NCBI GenBank assembly: GCA_040220235.1
Contig: JAVJTO010000109.1
Reading direction: 5' to 3' (one strand)
From: Coleofasciculus sp. B1-GNL1-01
GTDB taxonomy: Bacteria > Cyanobacteriota > Cyanobacteriia > Cyanobacteriales > Coleofasciculaceae
DNA: 64,000 bases
The translations under genes and the position numbers were made by a program. Positions 19,629 through 29,430 of this stretch are shown here, one piece after another. Numbering within the stretch: the first letter of the stretch is position 1; the number at the start of each line of letters is the position of its first letter. A model generated the notes under the pieces. The model was given only the letters and a program-made list of their open reading frames with translations. It made no database searches and had not been told where the DNA came from.

Positions 19629-20525
19629 TTATGCCCAGGTACTTATGCTTCCGTTCACTGTTACCTGATTAAGACTACCCAGCCATTTAGTTCTTGGCAC
19701 GCGATAGGGTTTAAACATCAAGGGTTCCCAACCGCCAAATTTAACCAAGTGAGCCAGAAAATGTAACGTCCCGGCTAGAATATCACTCCGTTGCGGTTGT
19801 AGAATATTGCTTAAGTTTAATTGATCCGGAGATTGCCAAACGTCCTTCATTGATGCCACAATATCTGGAGCCTTGGATAAGCGCACGAATAAAAAGACAA
19901 CTTGAGCCATTTTTGCTTCAACAGCCGCTGGGTTTTTGAGTTGATTACCTTGGAACGTTCCGCCAAAACGCTGCTGGATAAATGTTTTAACCTGCTGGGA
20001 ATAGGCTGTCGAATTATAGTCAGCAATTCCTTGAGAAACCGATTGATAGCGACCCGAATTAATCAGATATCCGATAACACAAGCTGCCACATCTGCGGTA
20101 TAGTCTGAATCTCTAGCAAAGCGAGTTAAGGCTTCAGATAAGCTTTTGACAGCGAGGGTTTCATATTGCGTCCGATACACAATAATGGCTGAACCAATAT
20201 CACCCGCCCACGCCGTATGATCTGCTGTCCATTGGGTTAAATCTGACCATTGAACGCCTGGTTGATTAATTTGGTCAGACAGGGAGGCGAGAAAATGACC
20301 AAAGTCTGTCATTTCACCACTTAATTGCACATCCCCATTTAGTTTTCCTTGATATTCCCCTTGAATATAGTCTTGATGATAACCTGTGGCGGTACTCCAT
20401 AACCGACTTGTATAGTTTTTTCGGGTATAGCCGCGCAGGATATTGGCAATTTGATAGGCTGATTTATCGGGGTTTTCCCGTTCAACATTCCGGATAAATT
20501 CTAAGGCTGTTTCAAGTTTAGACAT
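19629..20525 (-). CDS. Hypothetical protein (DFGHxxA ... WAGD motif)
   Basis: 298-aa ORF starting 14 nt after cofG in the same orientation. Confidence 0.75.
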   Translation of the reverse strand: MSKLETALEFIRNVERENPDKSAYQIANILRGYTRKNYTSRLWSTATGYHQDYIQGEYQGKLNGDVQLSGEMTDFGHFLASLSDQINQPGVQWSDLTQWTADHTAWAGDIGSAIIVYRTQYETLAVKSLSEALTRFARDSDYTADVAACVIGYLINSGRYQSVSQGIADYNSTAYSQQVKTFIQQRFGGTFQGNQLKNPAAVEAKMAQVVFLFVRLSKAPDIVASMKDVWQSPDQLNLSNILQPQRSDILAGTLHFLAHLVKFGGWEPLMFKPYRVPRTKWLGSLNQVTVNGSISTWA

Positions 20526-20539
20526 AAATTCGTCATTTG

Positions 20540-21535
20540 TTATTTGTCAATTAGGACATCGCTTCCCCGTTGGATGTCATTAAATCTTATATTCAAAACG
20601 GCTTGTTGTAATCGTGGGGACAACCAAGCATTATACTGCGGATAAACGGGTAAGCGTGGTACGAGATGCCATCCGGCTGGTTCGAGGATATTTCGTAGTC
20701 GCTGAATTTGAGGATGGGGATAATCGGGATTAACCTCATCTTTGGGTCCAATTCCCCCTAAATCTCTCGCCCCTGCTGCTAAACAAGCGAGTAACCATTG
20801 GTTATCTAGGACTAAATTAGGCGGAATTTGCAAGGTGATATCGGCGGGTAAAATTTGACGGGCTTTGGCAATAACTTGGGGTAATTGCTGCGGATCAAAT
20901 GCGGGGGCTTGCCAATGTTGTTGATCACCGGGACTATGGGGTTGTAAAATTACTTCTTGGATGTGACCATACTGAGTATGAAGCTGCGCGATCGCATCCA
21001 AAGTTTCCCACCAATCCTCACTTGTCTCACCAATCCCCAACAATAGCCCGGTTGTAAACGGAATCTGCAATTCCCCCGCCCAAACAAGCTGTTGTAGCCG
21101 TACCTGTGGTATCTTACTCGGTGCATGACGGTGAACGGTTTGCTGGAGTTGTGGCGTTATCTGTTCTAACATTAACCCCATTGACACATTTACCGACTTT
21201 AGCGATCGCATCTCCTCAAACTGCAAGGGTCCAACATTAGTATGGGGCAAAAATCCTCTGGATAGGGCGAGTTCACATAAATCATAAATCCGCTGGAACC
21301 AGGCTTTACGCCGTGGTGAATGGGGATGCACTTCACCACTGAGAATAAGGATTTCACAAATTCCCTGGGATTGAAGCTGTTTTAAGAGATGATCAGCCTC
21401 AGTTAGAGTTAACCATGAACTTTGACCTGGATCAGTGCGAAAATTACAGTAGCTACAACGGTTAAAGCATTCGTAGGTGGGAACTAGCGTGTAAGCCGGA
21501 CTATAGGTAATAATTTGAGAAGCGTTAATTTCCAT
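20540..21535 (-). CDS. cofG: FO synthase subunit 1 (radical SAM)
   Basis: ITYSP, CFNRCSYC, LPHTN, SMGLMLE, PFTTGLL, QIPPNL, DLGGI and RLPVYP. Confidence 0.93.
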   Translation of the reverse strand: MEINASQIITYSPAYTLVPTYECFNRCSYCNFRTDPGQSSWLTLTEADHLLKQLQSQGICEILILSGEVHPHSPRRKAWFQRIYDLCELALSRGFLPHTNVGPLQFEEMRSLKSVNVSMGLMLEQITPQLQQTVHRHAPSKIPQVRLQQLVWAGELQIPFTTGLLLGIGETSEDWWETLDAIAQLHTQYGHIQEVILQPHSPGDQQHWQAPAFDPQQLPQVIAKARQILPADITLQIPPNLVLDNQWLLACLAAGARDLGGIGPKDEVNPDYPHPQIQRLRNILEPAGWHLVPRLPVYPQYNAWLSPRLQQAVLNIRFNDIQRGSDVLIDK

Positions 21536-21634
21536 TCTCTCCCAACTTTCAACCTGGCATCACTATAGGCTGCACTTAATCGCAGGCAGCAGGCACGCAC
21601 CCTATAGTTTTAGCTAGGGAGTAGCGACTAGCTA

Positions 21635-21678
21635 TTGACTGTCATAACATATATATTATATACTACATTTATGTTATG
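21635..21678 (+). promoter_or_regulatory. Sigma70-type promoter and inverted-repeat operator of the TA operon
   Basis: TTGACT-N18-TATACT; 9-bp inverted repeat CATAACATA...TATGTTATG. Confidence 0.6.
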
Positions 21679-22030
21679 GGAGATAATATTTCACGAAGAA
21701 TTTTACGAATGGTTCTTGGAACAAAACGATGGCTTACAGGAATCGATTGCTATGGTGCTTGATGTTCTTGAAGAGCAGGGAGCAAGTCTTGGTAGACCAT
21801 ACGTTGATACCATTAAAGGTTCATCGCTTCCAAACATGAAAGAGCTACGTGTTCAACACGCTGGTGAACCATACAGGATACTGTTTGCTTTTGACCCGAA
21901 ACGGCAAGCAGTTCTTTTGCTTGGTGGCAATAAATCTGGAGATAAACGCTGGTATGAGAAAAACATTCCAATAGCAGAGCGGCGATTTAGAGAATACTTA
22001 GAAGAAACTAAAGGGGGTGAGCTAATATGA
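21671..22030 (+). CDS. RelE/ParE-superfamily (HigB/Gp49-like) toxin
   Basis: LGRPYVDTIKGS, NMKELRVQ, RILFAFDP, LLGGNK and WY motifs. Confidence 0.9.
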   Translation: MLWEIIFHEEFYEWFLEQNDGLQESIAMVLDVLEEQGASLGRPYVDTIKGSSLPNMKELRVQHAGEPYRILFAFDPKRQAVLLLGGNKSGDKRWYEKNIPIAERRFREYLEETKGGELI

Positions 22031-22383
22031 CAGTTCATAAAACTTACAAAGAAGTAAGAAATAACTTTTCTCCCGAAGCTAAAGCACGTATTACTGCTGG
22101 AGCCAACAAAATCAGAGAAGAACTGAAAATTATCCGCACTATTCGAGAAGTTGCAGGACTATCACAAGAAGAATTAGCAGAGCGACTTGAGGTAAAGCAG
22201 CCCTATATTTCACAACTGGAAGGGAGAGAAAATATCACACTCAATACGCTGGTAGGAGTGGTCGTTGCTTTAGGAGGTTCTGTAGATATTACTATCAATT
22301 TCCCTGAGAAAGAACCCGTATGCTTTTCTCGTATTGAAACCCTCCTATCTGCGAAAGGAGCAGAGTCAGAAACAGAAATGTAA
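22027..22383 (+). CDS. XRE-family HTH antitoxin (HigA-like)
   Basis: GLSQEELAERLEVKQPYISQLE; ATGA overlap with the toxin stop codon. Confidence 0.88.
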   Translation: MTVHKTYKEVRNNFSPEAKARITAGANKIREELKIIRTIREVAGLSQEELAERLEVKQPYISQLEGRENITLNTLVGVVVALGGSVDITINFPEKEPVCFSRIETLLSAKGAESETEM

Positions 22384-22447
22384 TGCAGCGGCGGCAGAGG
22401 GGAGGGAGCAGATATCCCCACTACACAAGAATTTCCAGACTAATGAC

Positions 22448-23131
22448 TTAAATCTCAGCCATATCTTGGGAACGCTCCAACCAAATCGCTCTCAATCCCG
22501 CCGCTTTAGCCCCCTGATAATCATCCCGCAAACTATCGCCAACGTGCCACGCTTGTGAAGGTTCACATCCATGTTTCTGTAAAGCGCTAGTAAAAATTTT
22601 GGGATCAGGTTTAGCCGCCCCCACTTCTGTGGAAATGGTGATTGAACTGAAAAATTCATCCAGATTCAGTGCTTTTAGCACAAAGTAAAGGCGAGAATCA
22701 AAATTCGACAAAACACCCAATTGAATACCAACTCGCCGCCACGCCTCCAGTGCTGGGATAACATCCGGGTAAATAAACCAGGGTTCGGCGGTGGCAAAGT
22801 GGTTGTAAAGGTGGTCAAAAAAATCGGTAAAGTCGGCAAACTGTTCCAGAACACCAACGTTTTGGAACGTGCGAAGGGCAATCACGCGCCACCATTCAAA
22901 TTCACACTGAGGAATCTCTTGGGAGTCTGTATCTGGAAAAACTAAGGGATCAGCCGCCGCAAATGCTTGGAAAAAGGCATCGTTAACCAATTTGGGTGGT
23001 ACATTTACATTAAACTGGCGAGCTATGCGGCTGTAAATCTGACCCACACTCCCACGCACCCCAAATAATGTACCGACGGCATCGAGTAAAATGACTTTGG
23101 GATTGGTCATTTGTCCTTTGTCATTCGTCAT
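22448..23131 (-). CDS. HAD-IA family hydrolase (REG-2-like)
   Basis: LDAVGTL, SNFD, AKPDP and HVGDS...DY. Confidence 0.92.
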   Translation of the reverse strand: MTNDKGQMTNPKVILLDAVGTLFGVRGSVGQIYSRIARQFNVNVPPKLVNDAFFQAFAAADPLVFPDTDSQEIPQCEFEWWRVIALRTFQNVGVLEQFADFTDFFDHLYNHFATAEPWFIYPDVIPALEAWRRVGIQLGVLSNFDSRLYFVLKALNLDEFFSSITISTEVGAAKPDPKIFTSALQKHGCEPSQAWHVGDSLRDDYQGAKAAGLRAIWLERSQDMAEI

Positions 23132-23154
23132 TTGTCATTTGTCAAATAGTCATG

Positions 23155-23212
23155 GCGGGTTTAGTTACTTATGGGTGAGGTTAGAAACGATAGTAGTAAA
23201 ACCCGCCCCTAC
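23155..23212 (-). repeat. REP doublet GTAGGGGCGGGTTTT...AAACCCGCC
   Basis: Same arms as the 19.3 kb array; its GTAG overlaps the ndbB stop codon. Confidence 0.75.
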
Positions 23213-24411
23213 ATACCCTCATTTTTGAGTAGATTCAATAAAGGTTGTGCCATCCAATTGAAACCAACTTTGAGCTGATGATCTAGGGTGGGCATACGAT
23301 AAAGATAGGCAAGACGCCGCGCTAAGTGGGCGAAGACCCCATCAAGTTTTAATCCTAACCCGGTCAGTGTGGCGTTGTCTGTCCCTAATGTCATCATCTC
23401 GCCTAAATGCTGGTAGCGGAAGGGGAGTAAGGGACGCCCAGTCAAAGATGCCCAAATATTCCAAGCGGCGTAATCAGCTTGCTGGAAGGCGGATTGAGCC
23501 GTATTGGGGACTTGTTGACCGGTGATGTCTCGACAATCGGCTAGATCCCCTAAAGCATAAAGTTCTGGATGGTCAACCACTTGTAGGGTTGGGGTGATCA
23601 TGAGTTGACCCCGGTGGTTTTGTTTAAAGGGGAGCGATCGCACGACAGGGGCGACTGTGGTGCCAACTGCCCATACCACTATATCTACTGGAATGGTATC
23701 CACCTGTCCTTTGTACAGCAGAGAAATGGTATCAGCGCTGATCGCATCGACCGAGGTGTCTAGGTCGATCCATACCTTTCGTTCATTTAAAGCCTGTTGT
23801 GCGGCTTCACGGTTAAATTCGGGAGAGGTTTTCAGAATCATCTCACCTTGTTCAATTAACCGGATGCGTCCCCGTTCTCCTAACCGTTCAGCGAGTTTGC
23901 AGGCGAGTTCCACGCCACTATATCCACCGCCAACAACCGCGACACGAATTTTTTCCGCCTCGGATTCTTCGAGAATGCGTAATCGTTCTTCTAAACGATA
24001 AGCATCTGCGATCGCCCGGAAGGGAATGGCATGTTCAGCCACACCGGGAACGATCTCCATCGGTGTCACTCCGCCTAAGGATAAGACCAGGCGATCGTAA
24101 GCAAACTCTACGCCATCCTGCAATTGTACCTGCTGCCCGTCACTATCAATACCCATCACTGTCGCTTGGGTGAAGCGCACTCCTGTATTTGCCAGGAGTT
24201 CTTCAAAGGGTGGGGCAATTTCCCAGGTTTGCAGTTCACCTGTCAGGAGTTCGTACAGCAGCGGCATAAATACGAAGCGATCGCTTTGATCAACAAGTAT
24301 AATTTCTGGCTGCTGTGACTTTTCCCAAGGGAGTTGGCTTAAGCGCAGGGCAGTATACAGCCCCCCAAAGCCTCCACCGAGAATACATAATCGGGTTGTT
24401 TGGTCACTCAT
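23209..24411 (-). CDS. ndbB: Type II NAD(P)H dehydrogenase, NdbB / demethylphylloquinone reductase-like
   Basis: CILGGGFGGLYTALRL, WEIAPPF, VGGGYSGVELA and YLYRMPT. Confidence 0.82.
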   Translation of the reverse strand: MSDQTTRLCILGGGFGGLYTALRLSQLPWEKSQQPEIILVDQSDRFVFMPLLYELLTGELQTWEIAPPFEELLANTGVRFTQATVMGIDSDGQQVQLQDGVEFAYDRLVLSLGGVTPMEIVPGVAEHAIPFRAIADAYRLEERLRILEESEAEKIRVAVVGGGYSGVELACKLAERLGERGRIRLIEQGEMILKTSPEFNREAAQQALNERKVWIDLDTSVDAISADTISLLYKGQVDTIPVDIVVWAVGTTVAPVVRSLPFKQNHRGQLMITPTLQVVDHPELYALGDLADCRDITGQQVPNTAQSAFQQADYAAWNIWASLTGRPLLPFRYQHLGEMMTLGTDNATLTGLGLKLDGVFAHLARRLAYLYRMPTLDHQLKVGFNWMAQPLLNLLKNEGM

Positions 24412-24473
24412 TGTTGAATGGGCGGATTATCCGTGGTAGGGGAACTTCCTTCCAGGATAGCAAGATACCCAAT

Positions 24474-24501
24474 GTAGAGACGCGCCATGGCGCGTCTCTA
24501 C
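24474..24501. repeat. GTAG-type REP palindrome
   Basis: GTAGAGACGCGCCATGGCGCGTCTCTAC. Confidence 0.9.
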
Positions 24502-24569
24502 AGGCAGGGCGGGTTTTGAGGTAAGGTTATCTATAGCGAAACACGATTCCCAATACACCCCCCTCTGCT

Positions 24570-25067
24570 TTAGATATCGCCGCGAATTTCTTCGACTACG
24601 CCATCTCGTAGGAGAATTTCGACCTGCATTTTGCGAACCAGGTTATCTCCGGCTTCAACGCGGAAGAAGCTTTCGATTTGACCTTGATTGACTTCTTGGT
24701 CAAGTTCGAGCATCTGTACCTGTTGAAGTTGCTGGAGTTGCTGGTTTTTTTGCTCAAGCAGCTCACTTTTCTTTTGATTAACCTGCAATTGAATACTTTC
24801 GATTTGCTGCTTGACTTGAGGACCCGGAGGATTCACACTTTGCTTTTGAATTTCCGCGATCGCCCGTTGTCCTTGCATATCCAACTGTTGAAGTTGAGAG
24901 TCCAGTTGGTTAATTTGTCCCTGGAGTTGTTGTTGTACCTCCTCCTTCCAGCGGGGTGTGACAATGGCTTTAATATTAACCGGTCGCTTCAAGAGTAGGT
25001 TGGATTGAGATTCTTTGGATTGAGAGTCTTCTGTAGGCATATAGGTATTTCTCAGTAGGTCTGACAC
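24570..25067 (-). CDS. YlqD family protein
   Basis: LKRPVNIKAIVTP, Q-rich coiled coil, EILLRDGVVEEIR; start uncertain. Confidence 0.85.
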   Translation of the reverse strand: MSDLLRNTYMPTEDSQSKESQSNLLLKRPVNIKAIVTPRWKEEVQQQLQGQINQLDSQLQQLDMQGQRAIAEIQKQSVNPPGPQVKQQIESIQLQVNQKKSELLEQKNQQLQQLQQVQMLELDQEVNQGQIESFFRVEAGDNLVRKMQVEILLRDGVVEEIRGDI

Positions 25068-25181
25068 TTAAAAAGGTAAGGGTTAATCCGGCTAACAGGA
25101 TAACCCAAAGTTTGGGGGCATAATGATGTTAAGCGCAACAGACAGCTTGCCAGCAGGCTCTTTCACCCTATTTCCCCGCAA

Positions 25182-27200
25182 TTAGGCGAACATCCCGTTA
25201 ATGATATCGTGATATCGTTGAGTAACAACGGGTCGCCGGATTTTCAGTGTTTGAGTCATCATGCCATTTTCTATGGAAAAGGGGTCTAAAATCAGCGCAA
25301 ATTGACCAATTCGATCATCAGGGCGATAACCTGGTCGATTTTTGACTTCCCGGTTCAATTCTTGCCGGAATAGGTTCTGCACCTCTTTACTTTTCAGGTC
25401 AATACCCGTCCGGAATGACTCGCTGTCCTTCTGCGTATCGGAGTTGGGCAAGTTTAGGGTAATATTTTCAGCGGCTGCCCACTGTTGCAGGGCATCCAGA
25501 TTCGGCACAATTAACGCACCGAGCGATCGCTGATCTTGACCTACTAGCATAATTTGGTCAATATAAGGACTTCGCAGACAGGCATCTTCAATCGGTTGCG
25601 GCTCGATATTTTCGCCGTTGGTCAATACGATGGTATCTTTTGCCCGTCCTGTCAAGACTAAATCATTGTTGGGTGTCACCCATCCCAAATCGCCGGTATC
25701 AAACCATCCCTCGGAGTCAATGGCTTTTGCCGTTGCCTCTGGATTTTTATAATACCCTTGCATTACTTGGGGACCTTTCACCAAAACTAACCCCTGTTCG
25801 TTTGTGGGCAAGGGTTTCCGGGTTTCGGGATCAACAATACGAATCTGGGTTCCAGGCATGGGTAATCCGGATGAACGGCGCAGATTCCGTTCCATCCGGC
25901 GAACGTTCGTCACGGGAGAGGTTTCAGTGAGTCCATACCCGACGAGAATCTCAATCCCGGCAATTTCAAAGAAGTTTTCTAAATGCATTGCCAGGGAACC
26001 CCCACCACTGATAATGGTTTTGATTTGACCCCCAGTTGCCTCCCGCACGGTTTGATAAATGAGTTTGTCGGCTAATTTGTGGGCGGGTAACAGGAGTGAG
26101 GCTTGGATGCTGGCGCTGAGGCGTTCTAGGGGACTAGGGTTAAGCTGGTTCAAGTCTAATCCTTGAGCGATTCGCCGCGCTTTGATATAGCGCTGACTGA
26201 TATCCAGTAAGGTATACACTAATTTTTGCTTGTTCGGGGGTTGCTCCCGAAACTGCTTTTGTACCCCGTCATAAATGGATTCCCACAGCCGAGGAACGCC
26301 GATCATGTAGATGGGTTTAAAGGCTTTGAGATCGGCTTTGACATGGCGAATTGTGGTGTAAATTTGGGTACACCCTTGAGACAAGAGGAAGTATTCAACG
26401 GTGCGTTCGTAGACATGCCACGTCGGTAAAATACTCAAGATGCGATCGCCTCCTTTGGGTTGGAGAACGATCCCAAAGGTGGTGACTTGATGCAGCAGGT
26501 TTCCATGGGTTAACATCACCCCCTTGGGTTTCCCGGTGGTGCCGGAGGTGTACATTAAGGTGGCGAGGGTTTGACGGGTTGCCTGAACGGGTTGTAGAGT
26601 GGTTTTTGACCCCAGACTCATCACCTCAGAGAAATTAAGCACCTTGAGCTTGTCTTCAGCAGGTGGTTCTTCATCGGAGAGTAGGATCACAAATTGAATG
26701 GGCAAGTCGTCAAGATGAGGTTTGAGTTTGGTCAGTGTCTTCGTATCTTCGACTACTAACGCAATGCTGCCACTGTGTTCTAATATATACCGCAGTTCAT
26801 CAGGATCAGCTTGGGCGCTGCGAACCACATTTGCCGCCCCAGCCGTCATGATCCCCTGATCAGCAATTAGCCAACGGGGACTGTTATCGGCAATTAAGGC
26901 GATACGGGGCGGAAGATCCGAGGATTCCTGTTCCTGCTTGATCACGGGATTATCGAACAAGGTTTGTAACCCCGCCGCCAATTGTTGAATCTGGCGTACC
27001 AACTGGGTGTACGTTAGGATAACCTCTGGTTGGGTATGGGGATCTCTCAAGGCGATGATTTGTCCAAACCGCTGCGCCGCGATCGACCAAATTTCTGGCA
27101 GAGACTGGATAGAGGAATAGTCAACTAAGGAGTGGAGCAGGTTACGCTCCTGGGGACTCATCGACAACGACATAGAATTAGTTGGTTTTGTGTTTAACAT
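25182..27200 (-). CDS. aas: Long-chain acyl-ACP synthetase / AMP-dependent fatty acid ligase
   Basis: YTSGTTGKPKG, GYGLTET, WFDTGD and GRAKDTIVL..GENIEP. Confidence 0.88.
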   Translation of the reverse strand: MLNTKPTNSMSLSMSPQERNLLHSLVDYSSIQSLPEIWSIAAQRFGQIIALRDPHTQPEVILTYTQLVRQIQQLAAGLQTLFDNPVIKQEQESSDLPPRIALIADNSPRWLIADQGIMTAGAANVVRSAQADPDELRYILEHSGSIALVVEDTKTLTKLKPHLDDLPIQFVILLSDEEPPAEDKLKVLNFSEVMSLGSKTTLQPVQATRQTLATLMYTSGTTGKPKGVMLTHGNLLHQVTTFGIVLQPKGGDRILSILPTWHVYERTVEYFLLSQGCTQIYTTIRHVKADLKAFKPIYMIGVPRLWESIYDGVQKQFREQPPNKQKLVYTLLDISQRYIKARRIAQGLDLNQLNPSPLERLSASIQASLLLPAHKLADKLIYQTVREATGGQIKTIISGGGSLAMHLENFFEIAGIEILVGYGLTETSPVTNVRRMERNLRRSSGLPMPGTQIRIVDPETRKPLPTNEQGLVLVKGPQVMQGYYKNPEATAKAIDSEGWFDTGDLGWVTPNNDLVLTGRAKDTIVLTNGENIEPQPIEDACLRSPYIDQIMLVGQDQRSLGALIVPNLDALQQWAAAENITLNLPNSDTQKDSESFRTGIDLKSKEVQNLFRQELNREVKNRPGYRPDDRIGQFALILDPFSIENGMMTQTLKIRRPVVTQRYHDIINGMFA

Positions 27201-27449
27201 CTATTACAATTGCTGGTTTTTTTTACCATACTCTTTTGAAGTGAGGCAGAATAGGGGTTTCAGGTGGACAGAATCTCTTCTGTCTGTCATTATTGTGTCT
27301 TCCTATACCCCATCTCTCCGTTTCCTGAAAAATTGTCACAAATGATGTAGGCAAGGCTGAGGGTTTAGTAGGGGAGGAATTTCCTGCTTAAAAATCGGGG
27401 GATATCACAGGAAGAGTCAGGATCATCTATTGTTCAAAGGGGGAAGACT

Positions 27450-28538
27450 ATGAAACTTTTGGTTGTTGAGGATAATCCTACCTTAGCCCAAACCATTGTG
27501 GCAGGATTAACCCAACAAAATTATGTTGTTGATCTAGCCCAGGACGGTGAGACCGGGTTAGACAATGCTTTAGCATATAACTACGATCTAATTTTGCTTG
27601 ATATTAATTTACCTCATTTGGATAGTATTAGTCTTTGTCGTCGTTTAAGACAAGCGGGAAATACCAGTCCGATTGTTTTATTGAGTGCATCAGCCGCGAC
27701 TCAAGATATGGTGGCGGGGTTAGATGCAGGCGCTGATGATTATATTATTAAACCTTGTCCCGTTGAAGGGTTAGCCGCTCGAGTTCGGGCTTTACTCAGA
27801 CGTAACCGAGATACCAGTACCCCAACGTTGCAATGGGGGAATTTGGAAATCGATCCGAGTACCTGCGAAGTAACCTGTCAGGGACAACCCTTACGTTTAT
27901 CTCCTAAAGAATATGGTCTTTTATATTTGTTGATGTCCTCTCCCACCCGGATATTTAGTCAAGATTATATTATCGAAAAACTATGGACGTTCGGAGAGCC
28001 ACCTAACCGGGAAACGGTGAAGGCACATGTTAAAGGATTACGACGCAAGCTCAAAAAAGTGGGTGCAGGTGACATTATTGAAACTGTGTATGGGTTCGGG
28101 TATCGTTTGAAGGAGCTGTGTGAACTGCAAACGGCGTCTAAGCTTAATCCCATTCTGGAACGGTTTGTGGCAATGCGCCAGATGGAGTATTTGATCCTTA
28201 ATCCCGATTTAACCATTCGCGAGATTTCTGAGCAAGCCAAGAACTTTTGTGATTTTCCCGAAAAGTTAACGGTTGGACAACTGGTGAGTATTAGTTTTCC
28301 AGAGTTGATTGGTTTAGACGATATATTATTGGATGTTTTGGCAGGAAAAACAGAAGATTTTAGGTTGGAAGGTGTGGCGCGTTCTCATAATCCGCAGCGA
28401 CCGGAGTATATTGATATCTATAGTATGAATGTTGATAATCAGTTATTTCTGCTGTTTGAAGATGTCTCCCATAAAATGAGCTGGAAACAGACGGTTACTC
28501 AACAAGAAAATGAAACCTATCTTTTATTGGGGTTTTAA
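27450..28538 (+). CDS. OmpR-family response regulator with C-terminal PAS-like extension
   Basis: REC and wHTH (IETVYGFGY), then EYLILN...FPELIG...FEDVS region. Confidence 0.88.
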   Translation: MKLLVVEDNPTLAQTIVAGLTQQNYVVDLAQDGETGLDNALAYNYDLILLDINLPHLDSISLCRRLRQAGNTSPIVLLSASAATQDMVAGLDAGADDYIIKPCPVEGLAARVRALLRRNRDTSTPTLQWGNLEIDPSTCEVTCQGQPLRLSPKEYGLLYLLMSSPTRIFSQDYIIEKLWTFGEPPNRETVKAHVKGLRRKLKKVGAGDIIETVYGFGYRLKELCELQTASKLNPILERFVAMRQMEYLILNPDLTIREISEQAKNFCDFPEKLTVGQLVSISFPELIGLDDILLDVLAGKTEDFRLEGVARSHNPQRPEYIDIYSMNVDNQLFLLFEDVSHKMSWKQTVTQQENETYLLLGF

Positions 28539-28677
28539 TCTGAATGTCCCATTTTATCAGACGCCCCTGGTGTTGATGACGAAAGCGATCGCTACTTTAG
28601 CGGAAGCCTGAAACCCTTTTGGGTAGAGGATTTTGCGGGTATGGGTGAGGAGGTTACTTTTCACGGGATCTGGAAAA

Positions 28678-28798
28678 CCTCTCTCCTGCGAGGAGAGAGG
28701 CTTTGAATTCTCCCCCTTCCGTGCAAAAAAAGCGAAGCAACATCTGGTCTCCCCCTTTTGAAGGGGGACGGAAGGGGGATCAAAAAAAGGGGTTAGGT
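28678..28798. repeat. Composite palindromic repeat cluster
   Basis: CCTCTCTCCT-GCG-AGGAGAGAGG and TCCCCC-TTTTGAA-GGGGGA hairpins. Confidence 0.6.
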
Positions 28799-29017
28799 TT
28801 GATATCGATTTTTCTGGATGGCGTAAAAAGTTAGGTGGAAAGGTGCGATCGCTCTCCTCAAACGAGTCATCTAAAAGTTCTAGGGGAAACAGGCAGACAA
28901 GGCGCGATCGCGATCGCTGCTCCGGCTTGTATTTAATTCAGTGATATTCCACTTTAGAGTGATGAAAGACGTGGCAGCTTCTCTTTATCCTTTAGGTGAA
29001 GCTAAAAGCAAAAAGCA

Positions 29018-29362
29018 ATGAATAAGAGCATGAAAACCAGTATAATTTCAGGACTTACTCTAACATTAGCACTGGGTTGTAGCTCTTCTCCACTGTCTGC
29101 CCATGAATCTTTCTCCGGGCAAGCTAACACCCTCGACACGAATAGAAAAACAATTGCATCAGAAGTAAGCCACACTAAGCAGACATCTCCTCCAGACTTC
29201 AATGATTATCCAGCAACCGAATCTTTCTCAGGTAATCCTGCACCCGTTGACTTAAGCAGTGACCCAGATGCTAGAAGATTCCGCACTGTTTTACGAGAGG
29301 GCGCACAAACGACGGAGGACTTCATTATATGGAACCCTGTGAGGAATAACGCCAATCAATGA
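29018..29362 (+). CDS. Short exported hypothetical protein, possibly internally deleted
   Basis: Signal/lipobox-like N-terminus; PDFNDYP...FRTVLREG motif, then an abrupt end. Confidence 0.5.
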   Translation: MNKSMKTSIISGLTLTLALGCSSSPLSAHESFSGQANTLDTNRKTIASEVSHTKQTSPPDFNDYPATESFSGNPAPVDLSSDPDARRFRTVLREGAQTTEDFIIWNPVRNNANQ

Positions 29363-29430
29363 ATTCAGGCTCTACCGAGGCTAGAGAGGAGAACCAGCGA
29401 AATCGTTAAAGGAGGAACGAATCAGACCTA

